The notes under the pieces are model-generated. The model made no database searches. It was not told the origin of the DNA and saw only the letters and a program-made list of their open reading frames with translations. DNA of 64,000 bases from Octopus bimaculoides (lineage: Eukaryota), in contig NC_068981.1 of assembly GCF_001194135.2 (NCBI RefSeq), positions 191,125,002-191,189,001 on the forward strand. The letters run 5' to 3'. A program made the position numbers and the translations under genes. Below are positions 61,858-64,000 of the stretch, piece by piece. The number at the start of each line of letters is the position of its first letter. Positions within the stretch are counted from its first letter, which is position 1.

Positions 61858-62080
61858 TATTGGTTTCAAATTTTGGCATAAGGCCTGCAATTGTGGGCAG
61901 TGAGGTGTGCAAGTCGATTACATTGACTCCAGTACTTCACTGGAACTTTCTTTATCAACCTCAAAATGATGAAAGCAAAGTCAACCCCAGCAGCATTTAA
62001 ACTCAGAATGTAAAAATGGAAGAAACGTCACTAAGTGTTTTTTTCCAGCACAGTAACAATTCTGCCAGCTTGCTACCTTA
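61858..62080 (-). mobile_element. Family A SINE, degenerate
   Basis: GATGAAAGCAAAGTCAACC...AAACTCAGAATG...TTCTGCCAGCTTGC. Confidence 0.75.
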
Positions 62081-62105
62081 AGATCAATTAATATTGATAT
62101 GATCC

Positions 62106-62298
62106 TTTTAGCATGCCAGGCAAAATGCTTAGCGGTATTTCATCTGTCTTTACATTCTGAGTTCAAATTCCGCCGAGGTCAACTTTGCCTTTCATCCCTT
62201 CAGGGTCAATAAATTAAGTACCAGTTGCATACTGGGGTCGATCTAATTGACTGGCTCTCTCCCTCAAAATTTCGGGCCTAATGCCTTGAGTAAAAACG
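62106..62298 (+). mobile_element. Family A SINE (first of tandem pair)
   Basis: TTCTGAGTTCAAATTCCGCCGAGGTCAACTTTGCC; bounded by AATATTGA(T/G)ATGATCC. Confidence 0.88.
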
Positions 62299-62314
62299 AA
62301 TATTGAGATGATCC

Positions 62315-62479
62315 TCAACTGTCTTTACGTTCTGAGTTCAAATTCCGCCAAGGTTGACTTTGCCTTTCATCCTTTCAGGATCGATAAATTAAGTACCAGT
62401 TGCATACTGGAGTCGATCTAAGCAACTGCCCACCCCCAGCTCCAAAAAAATTTCAGACCTTGTGCTTAGAGTAGAAAAG
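62315..62479 (+). mobile_element. Family A SINE (second of tandem pair)
   Basis: TTCTGAGTTCAAATTCCGCCAAGGTTGACTTTGCC; bounded by the same 16-mer. Confidence 0.88.
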
Positions 62480-63749
62480 AATATTGATATGATCCACTCG
62501 TGAAAGTATTGTCCAAGACACTATGGAGTAAAGCAGGAGCTGCATTGCGTGTCAAAAGGCAAAAGTAAATTGCCATGCCAACTGACCATTCGACGCTTTT
62601 ATTTTACCTGATGTAAAGCTCAAGCACATACACATTAAGGTGTTTCAATTAACCAGGATTGCCAAGACGATGTTTGTGTTTTCTCTTATTCATTCCTTTT
62701 ATCTCCAAATATACTCTGAAAATATTGCTTTCTAAGAAGAGCTGAAAAAAAGGGTTTGTTGGTGATGATAGGTTCTTAATTGATTCCATGTGGGGACCTT
62801 CATAGCTTGTTGTTGTTTAGCTCATGGGCAGGACTGATTAAGCAGGCCAATGGTCAATAGTATTCCAGCCATTATCATCTTATCTCTACTCTTTTTTTTT
62901 TTTTAACAAACATCTAAGATTGCATTACTTAATATGTTTTGCTTTTTAAGACAGTGAGATGTAATGAGGAAGATTTGGCTGCATGCAAATTCCTGTCAAA
63001 TCATCTAACTTTTGCCAGTATAAAAAGCAGGTATTAAACGATGATGATGACGACGACTGTGCAGGTAGTTTTTCTGCCTGCTTAGCTGTCCTGGATATGT
63101 TGGGAGTACATTTTCAGATGAGGTTAATTAGGGTTGCTCATAGAAGCAAACAGTTGTGGGATGGATTGCCTTACCAAAGAAGTGGCCAAACAGTCCTATA
63201 GAGACAGACTGTGATGGTAAAGGTTAGGTTTGGAGGTGAGAAAGAGGCTAACTGTGCTTGCAGAGTCATTAGGTAACAAAACTAACAGGTGCAGATAGTT
63301 CAGAGTAACTTCTGTGCAAGCAGTTTCAGTATATAGAAGTGAGGTAGCTAAGAGAACCTGTTGATAACAAGGACAATGGCTTCAGAGAGAGAGAGAGAGA
63401 GAGACAAGAGGAGGTGGATGTGTAGAGACACAGTATAAGAGGTAATTGAAGTATAAGAGATAGCAGGGATGACAAGGGTAGCTAAAACAACTGGTGGTGT
63501 TTATTACTAACATTCGTGAGAGAAATTAAATCATGAAGAATGTATATCTCACATAAACCAGTCATTTAAAAAGTGGCAATGAACTTTCTCTATGGAATTT
63601 ATAAATGAAAACAATTAAGGAATACTTCATTAGATTCATCAATTTCAGTCTATGGTCTAATAATTTATTGAATTACTGATAATAAAAAGTATGACTCAAA
63701 ATAAGAACAGTTTGTCATAGGTGAGTGAGTAAAGTAGAAGAATTTCATG

Positions 63750-63752
63750 TGG

Positions 63753-63823
<71 letters not shown>

Positions 63824-63848
63824 TGTGTGTGTGTGTGTGTGTGTGTGT
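63750..63848. repeat. (GT)n microsatellite
   Basis: Direct reading. Confidence 0.95.
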
Positions 63849-64000
63849 AGATAGATAGTATAGATGTGTATAGAGAGATTAAATAATTGCTGTTTTGAAT
63901 AGCATTACAGTTAACTAATGCTTAGAACTCCTTAGAAATTCATGAATATCCAACTTCCAGTCAAGTATTTAAACAAAATTTGTTCTCCGATTATCTTTGA

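Overview
AT-rich, microsatellite-dense eukaryotic DNA with six assembly gaps. The repeat families look like those of an Octopus genome (inference from pattern recognition, no database search). I found no protein-coding gene I can support: the long ORFs in the track are N-gap, microsatellite or decayed-retrotransposon artefacts, so the window is probably intronic or intergenic. It is dominated by retroposons. I use working names for the short-retroposon families. Family A has a tRNA-like head and the core TTCTGAGTTCAAATTCCGCCGAGGTCGACTTTGCCTTTCATCC. Family B is a CORE-like SINE with ACCTTGGGCAAGTGTCTTCT, an internal (GT)n and the tail GCTCCAGCATGGCCGCAGTCAAATGACTGAAAC. Family C ends in CCATGCTAGCATGGAAAGCGGACGTTAAACG(ATG)n and appears here to be the 3' end of an RTE-like LINE. 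There are also decayed CR1/RTE reverse-transcriptase fragments and MITEs with TA, TTAA or 8-bp target duplications. The best leads are: (1) minimal hammerhead-ribozyme-like motifs of the Penelope/retrozyme type at 22583-22622 (+), 29175-29220 (-, inside a 356-bp insertion with 12-bp direct repeats) and degenerate ones at 10050 and 26785; (2) a U6 snRNA retrocopy fused to the family B 3' tail at 35551-35715; (3) modular SINE head/tail swapping with two visible partner-LINE tails; (4) long dsRNA-forming inverted repeats. Repeat boundaries are by eye and approximate unless target-site duplications or terminal inverted repeats are quoted.
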